The notes below the pieces were generated by a model. The model ran no database searches, was not told the origin of the DNA, and saw only the letters and a program-made list of their open reading frames with translations. Shown here one piece after another: positions 59,166-64,000 of a stretch of 64,000 nucleotides of DNA. The translations under genes and the position numbers were made by a program. How positions within the stretch are numbered: position 1 is the first letter of the stretch; each line of letters starts with the position of its first letter. Source of the DNA: Camelus ferus. Its lineage: Eukaryota. Location of the stretch: positions 13,394,001-13,458,000 of the forward strand of contig NC_045696.1 in assembly GCF_009834535.1 (NCBI RefSeq), written 5' to 3'.

Positions 59166-60399
59166 CAGTGAACTTCCCATCCTCCCTCCCACTAGCCAAC
59201 AGTGCTTTTAACATCTGATGTTTGTTAACAAAGATATATCCAAGGAAAAGTAAATTCTAGGTATGTATACCTTATTATGAATAAAGAAATAAATATGTAA
59301 TTGTATTTAGTTAAGAGTCACAGAAGGAAGGATTACAAGAAGTTGGAGAGACTGAAGGCCAGGGCAGCCAAGCTACCACCGAATTGGGAAAGTGGCAGCA
59401 CGGGGAGGTCTGGGAAGACAGAGACAACCTTCCTGCGTGTTGCTGCTTCCTTCTAACTCAGCCTTACTCCCGGACATGTATTTCATATTTAAATCTAAGT
59501 ATTTCAGAATGCATGAGGAATAAGCAAAAAGAAAACCAACTTGTTTTCAATTTTAAGTCAAACTTAAAAGCAGACTCACTGTGATGATAAGACTTAGAAC
59601 AGCAAAAGCTATGGTTTAGTGAACAGTTCAACTGCTCCACATCAGCTGTAACTGAAGGAAAAAGTAATAGCTTTATGCAACATGGCTCCCCATGCCCTGA
59701 GTATGGGAAAGAACCCCAATATTCTACACTTTGCTCCAAGGATCCTCGTGTTTCTGACCAAGTTAAATCTAATGTCCAGTATTTTAAATAGGGAGGCCAG
59801 ATTAAACACTTCAGAAAGGGAATGGGTTTGATCACATACAATTCGATTCTAGAAAGGCTGGTGATTCAAAAGATAAAAGGCAAAATTTTGTCTGTATGTT
59901 CCTAAATGATCGCAATGAAGAAGAAAAGGGAAACTGTTTAAAGTAACAAGCGTGTTAGCAAGAGACCCATTCAAAGAGCTCGAACTTTAAGAGCTCATCC
60001 TTGGCATAATAGGAAAAGAGGAACCACATGATTCAAGGGTGAGTATAGGTTTATAGAGGCCCATGGGAGGGGTAAAGTCAAGGAGAACTTCTAACCACTG
60101 GAGGTTGTGGAAACTGAGTCAGACAACCAAAAGGTTAGTTTTGTGTTTCAAAGTCTGAGGGGTACCAACATACCCTGAAGAACTCGGTGGTGGTACAATG
60201 AACATGGATTCCTCAATAGTCATTTAGCTTCTCTTTTGTTTGTATTAAAAAACAACATCAAAGGTTTATTCATAAGTGGGACCTGAAATCCAAAATGAGT
60301 TCAGAAATTATAAGTGGACCCTCTCCCCCAACATGCCCAGACACCCTTCCACTGCTCTCAGGAAGTCCCAGCTCTGACCTTAAGTGGGTTAAGTTAGAA

Positions 60400-61633
60400 A
60401 CTTAAGAATTACTAGAACATTAGAGAAATCACGCCAAGTACAGGAGGTACCAGAAGGCTGGTGAAGGGCAAATTGCTCTCTGGTTTTCATCAAAATAATA
60501 TGGATTTTACAAACCAAAGCCCTGAGTTTGACACTACTGATGGTAAATATTTTAAAACTGATTATTAAAGGAACTCCCTGTGATCTGTTAAGGTGAAATA
60601 ATTATTACGAAGATCTAGTATGGCTTGCCTGAGAAAAAAAACCGTGAAAATAAGACTCATCTCCTTTTTGTCAGAAAAGTGTAGATATTTAGTCAACAAT
60701 ATTTAGATTGTATAAAAGAATCTGATGTAATTTTTCATTATAATTTAGACAAGATGGGTAAAAATGTGCTTAGACAAATCATTAAACAAGTTAAACTGCC
60801 AAACTTGAAGAGTATAAATTAGTGGAGCAATACCACATTCTAAGGAATTTTCTGGTTGTGGTTTGATTCAAGACTCTGTGAAGTTATTGAAAATATTTGT
60901 AGAGCTTGCAGATATAACATGGGATTAAAGGATCCAGAGCCCCCAAATTTTGGTAGTCTATATTGGTGATCTATAACTGAATATAATTTCGGTGATAACT
61001 GTGGATTGAAAAGGCAAGAAGACAACGGCAGAAGGGAAAAGATGAAATGTGTTGGCAGTGTTGCAAGCCTTAGGGGTTTGAGTAGCCAGTAAATTTAGTA
61101 TAAATCACCAGTGAGATGTTATGGAAACAAGTGTGAAGACGCCCAGACCGGTACGTGGGAAAGGAGTCTCACTCAACTTCATTTGCTCGGACCGTATCTA
61201 GAATTATGCGATGCTCTGTGGGTCTTGCATTTCACACAGAATTTAGAGGAAATTTGTTGGACAGGCAACTAGGGTAGAACTCAACATTGTACCTTAAAAG
61301 GAATGATTGATGCAACTGGGAGTATTTGGTATGAAGAAAACTAATCTCTTGTTGGCAGAACAGGCTATAATTGGCCTTACTTAATGTGAAAGATTTTCAT
61401 GTGAAAGAGAAGTTAAAATATTCTTACAATCCCAAAGCCTCAAATTTAGACAACTGGTGGAAACTTAAAAGAAGTTTCTGAACATTGCCAGGGAGTCCTT
61501 AAATGATGTGCCTGCTCTCCTTGGAAGTACAGGGTAGACTTCCAAATGATGTGGAGTAGGAACTGAAGACTAGGAACATTGAACTTTGTGAGTCAATCCT
61601 TTTTCATCTTTGAGATTAGATGATTCTATGATT
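60400..61633 (+). mobile_element. CR1/L3 LINE fossil (RT region to 3' end)
   Basis: Collinear decayed ORF2 motifs: EVPEGW*RAN (60444-60473), YLDCIKESD (60700-60726), LLGPYLE (61183-61203), QLGVFGMKKT (61313-61342). Ends in the CR1 ATTCTATG-type tail. Confidence 0.85.
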
Positions 61634-64000
61634 TGAGGAAACATATTTTCATCCTTGTCCTGTATCTTGCTCTAAGTCACAGTTTAAAAGAAGAAAATAA
61701 AAGGACAGAAAGTGAGATTAGAACACACACCAGCAATGCAAACATGACTTTTAGGAAAGGGGATTTGAAGTCTCAAAAGTGTTCAGAAATATTAACATTT
61801 TTGTCAGTCAGAGCCTTCTAAAAGAAACCCCTTGCAATTTTACCTTCCAGAAAGACATCAGAAGGGCCAGTTTGAGTTTCATGTCTATAAATAGCCATGT
61901 CTTTCATGTATGACTTTTTTCATATTACATCATCTTTGAGCATCTTTAAATAGAGCGATGATATGGCACAACCATAGCTATTTAACCAACTGGAATTCCT
62001 GAAATTCACTTTCTAAGGTGATCTCCACAGGTGACTTGAGAAATCACTACCTAGCCTGTAGAAATTATCATTTCAAAACAGTCCCTCAGAGGATGGATCA
62101 GGTCTGACAAGGGGCTAAGGGTGGGAGACGATTTCATGCAAGATAACTTCAGTGATTGTTTTGGCTCAAAATAATTTATTTTGCACTGTGCTTAATGACA
62201 TTTTCTAGTATTCTTTTGCTGAAATATCAAGATGATTCTCAATGTAAAACAAGAAAGATTAAGGCTGAATCCAAAAGTAATGCACTATAGAAAATAGCTC
62301 CCAAATACAGCCACCCTGATAGCCACAATTTTATAAAATACACAAACCAGCTGTAAAAAACATAGATGGGAGATTTGGCTTGGTGAATAAATAGGAAGAG
62401 AATATGGCTTAGCAAGTGGCTGATTATATTGGTTGGCTGCATTTAACTTTACATCTGGATGGTTTGGCATTGTGCAGCTAGCTAGCAAAAGCATATACAG
62501 TATTTGGCTTCTCTTATTTTTTTAGTTACTTGCATAAGCAAATAAGAAAGTTATGTCAACTACATTTTAACTTCTATGAAATTGTATAATACACATAATT
62601 ACCATGAATTGGACAGTGACTTACATTTAACTTGATGGTGATAACAATAATAACTTTCCACTGTCAATTGAAAATCAATGTCTTTATTGAATTCAGCAAA
62701 AAAAAAAAAAAACAAAAAAAACAAGCAAACATGTTAACCAATGGAATACTTCCAAATTTGTAAAGTCTGCATCAAAATTATATAAGCTTGTCCATTGCTC
62801 TTTCTGTTTGTGAGAAACATTATACAATTAGAGTTTGTGGCAGACAAAATTTTTTTGAACACTTCACAATTATTTTAATTTCTGTCTGAGGCTGGCATGC
62901 TGCTTTTGATTTCTGGACCCTATTTCTGATAACTTCTAATGAATGAAGTGGTTATTCTTCCAACAGTGATAATAAACGAGAGCTTCCCTGTTCACCCTCT
63001 TGCTCCGTCTCCTTTGAGATAGAATGAAGATTCCATCCATGGCCATAATAGAATAAACAGGTGCACACATGACCAAGACCCACAAAGGGGTAGAAGCTAT
63101 TCACAAGTATAGCCACAATAAGCTATTATTCCATATATCTTACCTCTGACAAGCCAAGTCTTTCTCTATGCCTAGGATTATGCTTTCCTTATTGCAATAA
63201 GATGAATAAGGTCTACGCTGATTTCTACCTATAGTTTCAACAAACTTCTTATATCTTCTACAACTATTCTTTCATGGCCCTTTTCTCTTGGAAGCTTTTC
63301 CTGGAAATAAAGACCAACGGTTTCTTGGATGGGTTCCCTTATCACATGCTTACCTTTACTCCTGCTACGAATGAGCAACACTCAATTCTGTATAAATACG
63401 TTTGACGGACCTTCAGGCTGGACTCTTCCTACTAATTGCCGACTCTACCTCATAAAATCAAAGTTTTATTATTTTGGGGTGAAGTGTTACAGGATGTTCT
63501 AAACCTCCAGTCGATCCCTATATGCCTTGCCTTAGCAAATGTTAACAGTCAGATCTGCCAATAACATGTAATGCATTACAAAGCCAATCACAGATAACTT
63601 TGTTAAATCCCCAGTTTTGAATCACCCTGACCACTGTTTGCTTCCCAAAGTGAATATTCAAGAGATTATATACCTTTTGGTTTCAGCTTTTGGTCCAGCA
63701 AGGATATCACCAGAAATGCAGTGTAGTTTCCCTCCCTACTTCTGCTTACTGTCGGGGTGATTTGAAAGAGTGTTGGGAGTGAAAAATAGAATATTTATTG
63801 CAAAGGGTACTTGCGTTCCTTTTTCTTGGGAACAGAGAGTGAAGTTAGAACCAGGTGAGATAAAGCAAAGGGAAGAAAGGATTGCTCTGCTATTTATGCA
63901 TCTGTGTACTTCAGATTCTGATACCTTACTAGAAATTTTAAAAAGGTTTTGCCTGCATTCTTGAAGAGTCAATTTAAGATTGTTAAATTCAGAAGATGGT

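Noticed and set aside
1..64000. ORF track as protein-coding genes
   Set aside because: All are 156 aa or shorter, many have non-ATG starts, many overlap repeats or microsatellites, and none resembles a host protein I recognise.

Overview
AT-rich, CpG-depleted mammalian genomic DNA with no CpG island. It is most likely camelid (Camelus/Vicugna/Lama), judged from two tRNA-derived Vic-type SINEs and the style of the young L1 3' ends. I find no protein-coding gene. The supplied ORFs are short, sit on repeats or microsatellites, and none resembles a host protein; the only recognisable peptides are decayed L1 ORF2 and CR1/L3 ORF2 fragments. The window reads as intergenic or deep intronic sequence built from layered transposon fossils: L2, MIR, CR1/L3, old L1M, MaLR/ERVL/ERV1 solo LTRs, hAT and Tigger MITEs, young L1 tails and SINEs. 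Microsatellites and some repeat-free, motif-rich stretches that may be conserved enhancers lie between them. The most notable details are an unidentified TSD-flanked retroposed 3' end (57.9-58.1 kb), an L1 with a twin-priming 5' inversion (18.8-19.6 kb), a ~1.2 kb CR1/L3 fossil, an orphan internal L1 fragment, an unexplained 19-bp exact repeat and a few candidate exons. I cannot support a new biological system here. Repeat family names come from recalled consensus sequences, not a database search, and the boundaries of old repeats are approximate.
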